Of a DNA stretch of 64,000 bases, positions 26,928-39,800 are shown piece after piece; positions within the stretch are counted from its first letter, which is position 1, and the number at the start of each line of letters is the position of its first letter. Made by a program: the position numbers and the translations under genes. Below the pieces are notes generated by a model. That model made no database searches. It worked only from the letters and a program-made list of their open reading frames with translations, and was not told the origin of the DNA. This DNA comes from Haliotis rubra (Eukaryota): assembly GCF_003918875.1 (NCBI RefSeq), contig NW_025766956.1, forward strand, positions 558,001-622,000, in the 5' to 3' direction.

Positions 26928-27857
26928 CGGGTATTAGTGTTGTAGTAAGAGTTTGAAGAGTTTCGTTGACTGATGAGAGCCTGATAGGGTTTTGTTAACG
27001 TTTGTCATTTTGGGGGGCAAGCTCAATTTCAACTGTACACGTTTCTTTTCCTCCTACTCCTTACAGAAAGCCGCAAAGAAACACATGTTGATTTCATCGA
27101 GTGACATGACAAAACAGATCTTTCGTGCGAGGAACAGCCATGAACGGACATGAACTGTCAATTTATAGATAAGCTAAACCTACCATTTCACAGGAAAACC
27201 TCTGTGCATTTTGGAAAGATGTGACAGACACAAATATTACATAGATTCTGTCCTACAGATAGCATCACATATCAAGTCGATGTTACGTTTGGTCTTGGAA
27301 ACGAGCGTTATTCTGATGAAAGATTGATGCCCCTTATTAACAATAGACATGAATATTTAATCAAATATAACGAATGTACAGATTCTAGTTCTTTTTGGGG
27401 AATTATTCCTGTTTGGCATCTCAATCAAGTACAGATTCTAGTTCTTTGGGGGTGGGGGTGGGGGTGGGGTGGTGATTCCTATTCGGCAACCCTAACCCTC
27501 TCACAGAATAATGCACCTAATTGCAAGCTCACAAAGACAGCAATCTTACCCACTCTGACACCGTGGCTTCCACATGGCCATCGATTATTTAAAGCAATAC
27601 ATTATTTACGTTCGTATATCGTATTCTTGACATGTATAGCTAATTGTTTGTTAATGTTTATAATGTATTTTATTGTTTGGAATAAATTTTGAAATTAATA
27701 TAAACTTTCATTAAATATGATTATTCTAAACTGAAGGAGTGAGACCAGTATTAGACAGCGTGAGGGTGACCATAGCCTAGTCCTATAGATAAGATTGGAC
27801 GAGTTTCCTAATCTGGAACCGGCTTGTGACGAGACAGACGTTTACAAGACTTGGAGA

Positions 27858-30800
27858 ATGTGGCAGCTTTTAGTAGCAGGTCTGGTGGCCACGGCCGTCA
27901 CTGTCGAGTCTGCCGGTATTTTTTTATGTCTATTGTAGAGTGTGTTGTTTAGGAGATAAACATACTGTGTTGGAAAATCAGAGGTGTATAACGAAATTAT
28001 AATAGCTCTAAATTTGATTTAATACCGAACGCGTAGCGTGAGGTTTTAAATAAAAAACATTTAGAGCTATTATAATTTCGTTATATACCTCTGATTTTCC
28101 AACACAGTACGTTTATCTCCATTCTACCATGACCGGGTTATTAAGATTTTGCAAAAATACATACTGTGTTGGAGAATCAGAGGTATATAACGTGATTATA
28201 TACCTCTGAATGACTTTGATTAACAAATCCCAATCCAGTATTTACTGAAGTCATGGTAGAATTATTCAATACAACTTCAGGTTGTAAATTGATACGGGAG
28301 TTGTCCACCTTTGTCCATGCACATGTCCACGTGTCTCGTGTTGCCCCATGTAGCGAAGTACGGAATGTTGGAAACTCTTCTGTTAAAGGTCACATAAACC
28401 CTAGGGGGTACAAATACATAAATCACTAACTGGCATCGTTATAAATGAAACCCCGTCATTAAAACTACTCATTTCGACCTTTAATTGACTTAAATCGACC
28501 TTTTTTGACAACAGTGCACAATTCTCACCCGCGAACGAAATTTCAACCAATCAGAGCGGCGCGCCTCTGTGACGTCATATGAGGAATAGCTTTGAGAGCC
28601 GATGCAGAATTCATCTACATTTTAGGGGGTAAATTATCGTGTTTACAGGCTTGAATAACCTGAAATCGTGACAATTGTTGTGGAAAATGAAAGCTATATG
28701 TTCTCACAATCTACTGTCATTTAATTTTGTCTCCTGCTTTGCCTAGTTTCCGAGTTACAACTTGTTTTCATAGACGATTCTGTCAAAATCGATTGGTGTC
28801 GTTAGGCCCTATTTGTATAATGACTGATCCAAATTGATCCCATTTCTGTGTTGTTTTACCTCGATATTTAATCATGTCATGTAAAAATCTGTTTGTATTC
28901 TCAAAACAGTGTCGGCCCATAAGTTTTCACATGCAATACAGCAATTAATACTCCCTTGTTGTAACCCGTGTTAGGTGGTATAAACCTACACATGTTATTT
29001 GTCATCATTCACTTGATGGTCAGTTAATGAATTATAACAGGTATAATTAGTGGTAACACACTTAGATTACCCGACAAAGGTTCCCATTTGGCATTTCTTG
29101 TGTCTGGAGTAAATATTCAACATTATAAACATCGATCAAAGGATTAACCGATAACACGCTGATTGATTAATTACTTTTATCTTACACAGCGGAATTGTCA
29201 AAAGGTAGTGTTTATGTATGTAGATTTACTAATCTATACTGAATACACTCTGTCGTGTCGGTGTCTGCGTAAAAACAACGTCCTTCTTTCAAAGGATTAA
29301 CCGGCAATACATTGATTGATTGCCCATTATTGGCTAACTAAATTACTGTTTTTAAAGAAAGGCGGACATTATGCAATTAGTTGCCAGGTGTGCTATCTTG
29401 GGTGACCAATGAGACTATACACCAATACCTGAAAAGATTGATCACTTTTTCGTATATTAAACTGTTAAAAGACACATCATTTGGAACAGTTTTGTGGATA
29501 TTGATGGATACATTCCTCGAACAAGGTAATGGCCTGATATTGTTCCTATAACTTTAATCTGTTTTAATTTTAATATTTGCATTTTGTTTTATTCATTTGT
29601 CGTAGCATTCAACAGAATCATTGTTTTCGCCGTGAAGTGTAATGAGACAGACAACATGCACTAGGTGTGTGTGTGCGAATTATGATTCACATTGGCAAAC
29701 TATAAAATGTCTAGATATTACAGTTCTGTTATAAATTCACTATAAGTATCAGCAGATCGTCTGCTTTTTATTTAGTTTCAAAATGCATACAAGTGTGATA
29801 ATAAACTAATTAGGATTATAAGACCAAATATAAAGACGCACATTGACTAGTATCTACATACTGGTGAGTGGACATTAACCATGGAATGTAGCAAGAAATT
29901 TATCGCGCAGTATTGTGACTTCGACCCCACCTCGCTTCCGTGGAAGAAATCGTTATGTTATAAGTTGTGTCATGCAAAATCCGTTTGGTTATGATTCCAA
30001 TACATATTTAACAACGAGTAGAAAGTAGTCTTGATTTTCTAACTTGATGAAAACAAACTATAATCTCATTAATTCTAACAGATTTTTATTTTTAAAAATG
30101 GCGGCGCACTTCTGTCGGGAACATCCGCCAGTCTGAGGATAAATGGTATTTAGGTTTGTTTTCACCGAGTTACAAAATCAAAACTACTTTCTACTGGTAG
30201 TAAAATATGTATTTTATTGATGGCCAATAGGATTTTGCATGACATAGCGTATATCATAACAATTTCTCTCGTGGCAGCGAGGTGGGTGTCAATATAATAC
30301 TACTTACAATATTATTATTACTTCGACCACAACCTCACTTCCGAGGAAGAAATCGTTATGTTACAAGTTGTGTCATAGAAAATCTTTATGGTCATCAATC
30401 ATATGCATATTTTACTACAACTAGTAAGTAGTTTTGATTCTTTAACTTCCGTGAAGCGATCTGAACACAAGTAAGATATCGTTTCAGGCTTCCACAACGC
30501 TCGCTTCGCACTCACAAACATAACCCATTTAGCACGAACTGCGGGTCCTGTGGAAATCTGTGCATGGGGACACCATCGCCCGACCCTAGGAGCAATTGAC
30601 GACAAAGCAACGATTCGGCATGTCGTCGTTGATGTCGAGAAATCATCAAAATGATGAGCGTGCTACACATTTTCTATACAACTAACTGAAAATCGTTCCT
30701 CATATGACGTCACTGCAGCGCTCTGGCGACAGAGTTACGTAACCTGTCTGTGGTTTCGTTGGCGGGCGAGAGGGAAGCAGGCGACTTTTTGGCCACTTTT

Positions 30801-33800
30801 AATCGCTCGGTATTAATTAACCACAAGTTTTTAAAGAATAAATTTGGTGTTCCGCATAAGACTAACCATAAGACTTTCATATGTAATGGTTAAAAGAGTA
30901 ACAAAAAACAAAGTTTAGTGGTTCTTTAATAGAACCAGAAATGTATGTGGTTTGTATTCTATTACTGTAAGTCCAATAGACCTTTCAGAATTCTGCTACA
31001 AATAGACCAGAAAACTACACTAATTCCAATTTTAATATTAAAAATTACAATGACATGAAAGTTATTATTCAATATGTTATACAATTATTCAATATGTTAC
31101 ATCGACACATTCCGAAGAAATGGCAGCTTGCAAGCGAGGTGCAGGCCAGGGAGCATTCCCCAGTACTCACTGTTTCAGTGTCTCCGTGTCATTATTGTGA
31201 CCAAATTTCAGAATTTAAACATTTTGTTAAAGTAATGTCCCTCAGCCCCATACATGTTAGAAAGAGAAGTAATGACGTTATTCAGAATGTGAACACAGAC
31301 ACATTAAGAAGATAAAAATAGTTCTATATATTTCACTATTGCATTGTTTCCTACAATTTCACTTTGTAAAATACAGAAATCTAAATATTGTAAAAATTTG
31401 GTATCTGTTCCAAAATCAAGATACAGAAATCATTACCGTGTGTATATACCACGGACTGTTACATATAAACCAATTTGTACATATCAGCTAGAATTGTGTA
31501 CAATGCATCCTTGATATATACTTGAGGCCTGTGACCACGTAAATGTTTGAGTAAAGTTGATTGACTGACTGAATCTCATGTCTGAACGAAATAATGTCAT
31601 TAGCCATTTGGAGGTTGGTGACTATTGGTCAGAAGTGAGAAGGCTACTGATCATCACAGGATGGCTTTGGCACAAGGAACAACTCATGACCAAACGGCCG
31701 TCAATCATTCCGTGTCACTTCTGACACTTCATCACCGTTAACTTCGAGGGTAAAGAAATGGATGGTGTCGACACCAGTGGAGGCCTGTTGTTGGAGGACT
31801 GAGAGGGTGATATAACATGGCTGCAGGGATATACAGGCGACGTAATGGATGTTTGGCAGATAGATTTGCTGGTGTTGCCAGTCATCTTTTGCAACAAACG
31901 CCCTTCTAAACGTGCCCGGCAACAGCGGTTGGTTACCGAAACGAAATCATTGGTCTATTTATGCATCAATGCCTGACTGCTATTGAATAAAACCTTGTTC
32001 TTGCTGTTCCTGCTTTTCAATGTCCATCCATATCACCAGAGTTTAAGTCAAAGAAGATGTGTAGAAGGAACTTGTACGACAACGTAACCCTGAGGACATT
32101 GCAGGACTTGTTTTCGGTTTTCGGAGGAAACGGTGAGAATATCACAGGATTTCACAGAACATACACGAATGGTGCAAAAGAAATTGAAACTTTGCATGGA
32201 CAGAGCAAGAACGGAAGATACGTTTGCGGTTTTAAAAATGACAAATTACAAATTGATAACGAGTTGTACCGTCTGAACGAATCTGGAACACACATCGAAC
32301 TTGTGAAAACTGCCTCTACATGCCTAAAGCCAACACCCGTGTTTACGCATCTATGGACGTTCCAGTAGTAAATAGTCAGTGTAGAAAGATAAACATCAAT
32401 ATGCTAACAGGAACTCAAGGGGCTTAATAATATTTATTAAGGAAATATTCGACAACATGTCACTGTACTTAAGAGTTCATCAGTTAACATCATGTGGTTA
32501 AGAATACAGTTGCGTGATGAGATCAAGTTGTATTTTGGACTTGTCTATTTCTCTCCTCTCAAATCTCCACACGCCAGTGAACCGTTACTCCAGATTTTAG
32601 AAGATGACCTAATCGCCTTTCGTAATGCAGATCCAAGGGTTTAGTCTCTATTCGCCTACATCCCATTTCGCATACAGAAATAATGTAGGGTAATTGGGAT
32701 GAGAAATTGCACCCCTACACTTCTAATGAACCTGACTCACTGATTGAAATAAAGATTGACTCACTGATCAGTGCCATACTACATCTTGATCGACTGTTGT
32801 TATAAGGATATGTGGTCGATTCCAACGAAAAGTGTACACAGCTAGGTATAAGTTGTCCAAAACAGAATTGCTTGCCTCTTTGTAATTCTTTTTACCAATG
32901 TAAAGTCAACATATTTGCCTCTTATGAAAATTAGTTGCCATCACTAATGTCTAAAAGTGACAAGTTGTTGGATCAGTGAAGTTGAAGGCTCATTTTCTGA
33001 ATTGCCTACAAATACCAACACCATACCTTGTATATCCTGTGATAAGATGGATTGTATGTTGCCTAACATCCAAATTCACTGTTGTTCTGCATGCACAATA
33101 TGTTAACGACTATAGAAAGTCTGAAGCCATATCATGGTTTCTTTCATGTTTTATAACCTCAAACTTTACGAAAATAGAACCAGTTTGGTACCTTTGTTTG
33201 GTGTAAGTGAGATAGCACCACTTAGAATTCTTTGCACAAACAAAACATTGTTACATATCTATCTTATTCATCTGGGAGACAATGGGTGGAACTTTCGGTA
33301 AGTACAAATAAATTTGAAAATGTATCAAAAACAAAATTTTGGGTGGAAGACCAAAAAAATGTCCTTCTAGGTATCAAATATCGCATAATTCCTTGTGTTT
33401 CATAAACGTTTATATATGTCAGACTAAATCATAGCTGGTTTATTAAAACATCGAACAGTTTGAAAATTGTTTATCTAAATGCATAGGACATGTTTACAAT
33501 AAAGACTGTTTACAATCACTCTAAGGCTTTCTCTTTGTTTTGTCTCAGTGTGTGTCATTTGTATTCAAAGAAAGCACATCACAAATGTTCAAAATGCTTG
33601 AACTATTTTGGTATTTTTATGTTTTCGTAGGTAACATAATACATTTGTTCTGAAGATCACCCCTTTAGGTCCTCGACGCGGCTGGTCACCGTATGAAGTG
33701 AGGTTCTACCATGCCTTCAGTAAATACTGGATTGTGATTGGTTAATCAAAGTAGGTATATAATCACGTTATATACCTCTGATTTTCCAATACAGTATGTA

Positions 33801-36800
33801 TTTTTTAAAATCTTAATAACACGGCTACGCGTTCGTTTTAATTCAAATTTAGAGCTGTTATAATTTCGTTATAAACCTCTAAATTTCCAACACGGTATGT
33901 TTATCTCCTAAATGGATATCTGCACAAGTTCACTTCCTTAACACTAAAGTGATATGTTGTGAATATCATTGCGATCGGAAAATGACAAATAACAGAATAA
34001 ATAAATAACAGACAAATAACAGAAATAAATTCTTTTTGTCCTTCAACTACTTCAAATAGAAGAGTCCACTTTTAGATCATAGGGGTGCCACTAGTTTACC
34101 GTTGCGTAATCAACAGTCAACAGACCATGAAATGTTGTTTTAAGACTGTAGGCGAATTGGGATGTAGGCGAAATGAGAACATGCCGATCCAAGCTGTCAC
34201 GTCATTATCCAAGGCGATTTTAACGCGCGGACGGGTGAAGACGCTGATTTCATCGAGAATGACAATGCACAGTATCTGCCTATAGATGATGACCTCAACT
34301 ATGCCGAAGATAACGGAATCTGTAAAAGACAATCACAGGACAAAGTTAAAAATAAACGTGGCTATGAATTCTTGGAATTTTGTAAATATACCGGTGTACG
34401 TATCTGTAATGGGAGACTGTTCTCTGATAAGAATCGAGGAAAAATTACATGTTTTGCTAATGATGGACAAAGTGTAGTGGATTAAGTGACCTGTCTAGAG
34501 AAATCCTTCGAACTTTTCACCAGTTTTGACGTCGCAGACGAAATAGAATCTAGTCACCAGCCTATCGTATATTAATTAAACCTCACAAAAAACCTAACAG
34601 AAAGTGTGCCAAAAGGGAAACTAATTACTAAAACAATATACAAATGGAATCCTTCGATTGCCGACGAATAATATACTATAACTATGGTAATAATCACTCA
34701 GTTAATGACCAAATAAATTGTGAACAGTTAGAACCGCGGCCAGGAAGCTTGAACGTGTGTTCAAATACGTGAGAAACTAACCGAGGTGATGATAGACGTC
34801 GATATATAGAAGCGTGGACTAAATACAAGCTATCTGTGTTTGCTCAACGAAAGCTGATGATCTAGTCGATCAGAGGAGCGTGGACTAAATACAAGCATCT
34901 GTGCTAGGAAGCATTGCATCAGAGGATGAAAGACACAAAAGACACTAAAGCTTTCTGGAAAATAGTCAAGGGACGTTCTACACAAAATTAATACAGTATT
35001 ACAGCATCTGCTTGGAACTTATATTTTGAGAAACATTTTCAGGGTATAAATAATTCATCTGTCAACGAAGAAGTTAAGGAATCCGTTCGGATTTTTGTTG
35101 ATTCAATAAGTGATAATCTTATTTGGACTACCTCTGATGAATTTGGACAGGAAATCGTCAACGTTATAAACAGCATGTCCGCTGGCAAAGCTCCAGGATA
35201 TAGTGACGTGTCTGTGGAATTCTTAAAAATTCAATTCTATCCAAAGGAATTTATCCACACGAATTGACGATAGACTGACAGAGTGGGCAGAACATGAACA
35301 CTTTATCACTCCAGAAGAAGCAGGATTTAGATCTGGCGTCCACACTGTAGATAGTATATTCATTTTAGATACAGTTATTAGAAAGTACATATCACTGCAT
35401 AAAGGAAGACGGTACTGTTGTTTTATTGACCTAAAATTTGCCTTTGACTCTGTTGATAGACAATGTTTAATGTCCAAATTTTGGCTTGGAAATATTAAAG
35501 GTAAACTGTACAGGCTCTCAAAAAATATGTACCAAAATGTGAAGTCTTGTGTCTCAACACAAAATGGTTATACACCAGCCTTTGATTGTTTGTATGGCGT
35601 AAGACAAGGTTGTCAACTTTCACCCTTCTTGTATTTTTTTATTAATGACATTGTTGATTTTATAGCAGCAGATAACCAGAGAAATATTAATCTTGACTTT
35701 TTAGAATTATTCATTCTTCTATTTGCAGATGATATTGTAATGTTTCATAGCACTGTTTTAGGGTTGCAAAAAAGATTAGATAAACTTTCTTTGTATTGTA
35801 AAGACTGGAAGCTTCAAATTAACATCAACAAGACTAAAGTTATTGTTTTTCTAAAAGCAGGACCTCTTAAAAAGTATGAACGTTTCTCTGTAAATGGTGT
35901 TTCTGTAGAAATTGTTCCTACCTATAAATATCTAGGTATCCATTTTTCAAGCTCTGGTTCTTTTTACTGTACTCAAAAAACGTTAGCACATCAAGCATGG
36001 AAGGCTCTCCTGTGTGTTAAAATGTCATTGAAAATGTTTCATAATCTTCCCTTATCTGTAACCCTACATATATTTGATGTTAAAATTTTACCTATCATGT
36101 TGTATGGTTGTGAAGTCTGGGGCTTTCATCCCTCACCTAATATAATTAATGTTTATGATAGATTTTGTAAGTCAGTATTACATTTATCAAGAGACACTCC
36201 CAATGTTGTTGCAAGGGGTGAACTTAGACGTTACTCGGTAAAAGTTAATCAGTTTGTAAAAATCATGAAATATTGGTTACCAAGAGAAAAATGTAATATT
36301 GAAACATGTTTATAATTATCAACGTAAGTTGGCTTCCAAAGGTATCAACTGTTGGGCTCTAGATGTAAAGAATTTATTATTTAGTTATGGATTTGGTCAA
36401 ATGTGGCTTGATCAGGGGGTTAGTGTTGTTGATTATTGTATAAGACAGTTTAAACAGAGATGCATTGATATTGATACTCAAGAATGGTTAGTTTTTTGAA
36501 AGTTTATTCTAAGCTAAAGTTGTTTAAAACTATCAAGTTGAGGATTAATTCTGAAGAGTATCTGTTACTGGTTAAGGTAAATGTTTTTCATTTTGCTTTG
36601 AGTAAGTTTCGTTGTTCAGACCATCCTTTAATGTTGGAATATGGGAGAAAAGTAAATATATAAAAACAAGAGCGATTCTGCCCTCTGTGCATTGTACTTG
36701 ATATTGAATCAGAGTACCACTTCTTTATTGAATGTGCATTTTACTGTGATCTGAGAAACAGTCTGCTCCCACAATACTACAAAAATATTCCATGTGAAAC

Positions 36801-39800
36801 TAAATTTATCAGCTTATTATTGTTTTGCAATTCTACAACTGATAACAAACTTGCCAAGTCTATATTTCTTGCATTGAAAAGATGAGCGAAGTTTTAGAAT
36901 ATAGAGTATAAAATTAAATTAGACATACAGCTTATATGGCGCTGAATTGTATTGTCATCTTTGAAATTGTATAACGGGTCGGTGGTCCCTGTACGAAATA
37001 AACGCTCTGTCTGTCTTGCAATAAAGTGGAAAAACATCCCCTGACTATTTTTGTGGAATCTTCTGGATTCGAAGGGTTGGCCAGTCATCACTTCCAGTGG
37101 AGGAATATTTGCAAAACGTTTATGCATGTTGGAAAGAAAATGAGCTGTTCGAATGTCGTTTAATCCAGCTACTGGTTTCCTTTTGGAGTGGAGTAAAACT
37201 TTGTTTCCATGATATCATGGTGATAATTTATTAGAAAATCGATCTTAATGATAACGAGTTAATAATGGGTAAGTTGTTTGACAAAATTCATCCGTGAAAG
37301 GACTGCTGGTTTAACCGAGACTAGTCCTGTAAAAGTGATAATCATAATAATCCGACTGTTTTTCAACCTGTTAGGGGTACAGCACAACTCATTGCGTGAC
37401 TGTCTGTTTCATCAGTACTGTTCATTCCAGGTGTGTGTCCGACTGATCCCCCGGGCATTGCATGGGCGTGTGCCTACAGGCCCAACTGCTTCGGGGATGG
37501 GACTTGTGGGGCAGGGCAGAGGTGTTGTCCTCACACGTGCGGTGCCCGCTGTGTTACTGTCGGTAGGTAAATGTGTTCAGATAGTCAGATACTTCCAGAC
37601 AGGTAGGTGCATGTGTTGAGATGAGAGGTACATGTGACCAGACAGGTAGGTACATGTGTTGAGATGAGAGGTACATGTGACCAGACAGATAGGTACATGT
37701 GTTGAGATGAGAGGTACATGTGACCAGACAGACAGATAGGTACGTGTGTTGAGATGAGAGGTACATGTGTCCAGACAGATAGGTGCATGTGTTGAGATGA
37801 GAGGTACATGTGTCCAGACAGATAGGTACATGTGTTGAGATGAGAGGTACATGTGTCCAGACAGATAGGTACATGTGTTGAGATGAGAGGTACATGTGTC
37901 CAGACAGATAGGTACATGTGTTGAGATGAGAGGTACATGTGACCAGACAGATAGGTACATGTGTTGAGATGAGAGGTACATGTGTCCAGACAGATAGGTA
38001 CATGTGTTGAGATGAGAGGTACATGTGACCAGACAGGTAGGTACATGTGTTGAGATGAGAGGTACATGTGATCAGACAGGTAGGTACATGTGTTGAGATG
38101 AGAGGTACATGTGACCAGACAGGTAGGTACATGTGTTGAGATGAGAGGTACATGTGACCAGTCAGATAGGTACATGTGTTGAGATGGGTGGTACATGTGT
38201 CTAGACAGATATGTACATGTGTTGAGATGAGAGGTACATGTGTCCAGACAGATAGGTACATGTGTTGAGATGGGTGGTACATGTGTCCAGACAGATAGGT
38301 ACATGTGTTGAGATGGGTGGTACATGTGTCCAGACAGGTAGGTACATGTGTTGAGATGGGTGGTACATGTGTCCAGACAGGTAGGTACATGTGTTGAGAT
38401 GAGATGTGGTACATGTGTCCAGACAGGTAGGTACATGTGTTGAGATGGGTGGTACATGTGTCCAGACAGATAGGTACATGTGTTGAGATGAGAGATGTGA
38501 CCAGACAGATAGGTACATGTGTTGAGATGGGTGGCACATGTGTCCAGACAGGTAGGTACATGTGTTCAGATGGGTGGTACATGTGTCCATAGAGATAGGT
38601 TCATGTGTTCAGATTGGCGGTACATGTGTCCAGACAGGTAGGTACATGTGTTGAGATGAGTGGTACATGTGTCAAGACAGGTAGGTACATGTGTTGAGAT
38701 GGGTGGTACATGTGTCCAGACAGATAGGTACATGTGTTGAGATGAGAGGTACATGTGTCCAGACAGGTAGGTACATGTGTTGAGATGAGTGGTACATGTG
38801 TCCAGACAGGTAGGTACATGTGTTGAGATGAGAGGTACATGTGACCAGACAGGTAGGTACATGTGTTGAGATGAGAGGTACATGTGACCAGACAGATAGG
38901 TACATGTGTTGAGATGGGTGGTACATGTGTCTAGACAGATAGGTACATGTGTTGAGATGAGTGGTACATGTGTCCAGACAGATAGGTACATGTGTTGAGA
39001 TGGGTGGTACATGTGTCAAAACAGGTAGGTACATGTGTTGAGATGGTTGGTACATGTGTCCAGATAGATAGGTGCATGTGTTGAGATAAGTGGTACATGT
39101 GTCCAGACAGGTGGGTACATGTGTTGAGATGGGTGGTACATGTGCCCAGACAGGTAGGTGCATGTGTTGAGATGAGTGGTACATGTGTCAAGACAGGTAG
39201 GTACATGTGTTGAGATGGGTGGTACATGTGTCCAGACAGATAGGTACATGTGTTGAGATGAGAGGTACATGTGACCAGACAGATAGGTTCATGTGTTCAG
39301 ATGGGTGGCACATGTGTCCAGACAGGTAGGTACATGTGTTCAGATGGGTGGTACATGTGTCCAGACAGATAGGTTCATGTGTTCAGATTGGCGGTACATG
39401 TGTCCAGACAGGTAGGTACATGTGTTGAGATTAGTGGTACATGTGTCAAGACAGGTAGGTGCATGTGTAGAGATGGGTGGTACATGTGTCCAGACAGATA
39501 GGTACATGTGTTGAGATGAGTGGTACATGTGTCCAGACAGATAGGTACATGTGTTGAGATGAGAGGTACATGTGTCCAGACAGATAGGTACATGTGTTGA
39601 GATGGGAGGTACATGTGTCCAGACAGGTAGGTACATGTGTTTAAATGGGGGTAACATATGTCCAGACAGGTAGGTACATGTGTTCAGTTTGGGGGGTACA
39701 TGTGTCCAGACAGTATGTGTATGTGTTGAGATGGGCGGTACATGTGTCCAGACAGGTAGGTACATGTGTTCAGTTTGGGGGGTACATGTGTCCAGACAGT

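Noticed and set aside
35470-36315. 281-aa RT ORF as an active retrotransposon or host gene
   Set aside because: The rest of the element has stops, frameshifts and a nested insertion in the endonuclease.
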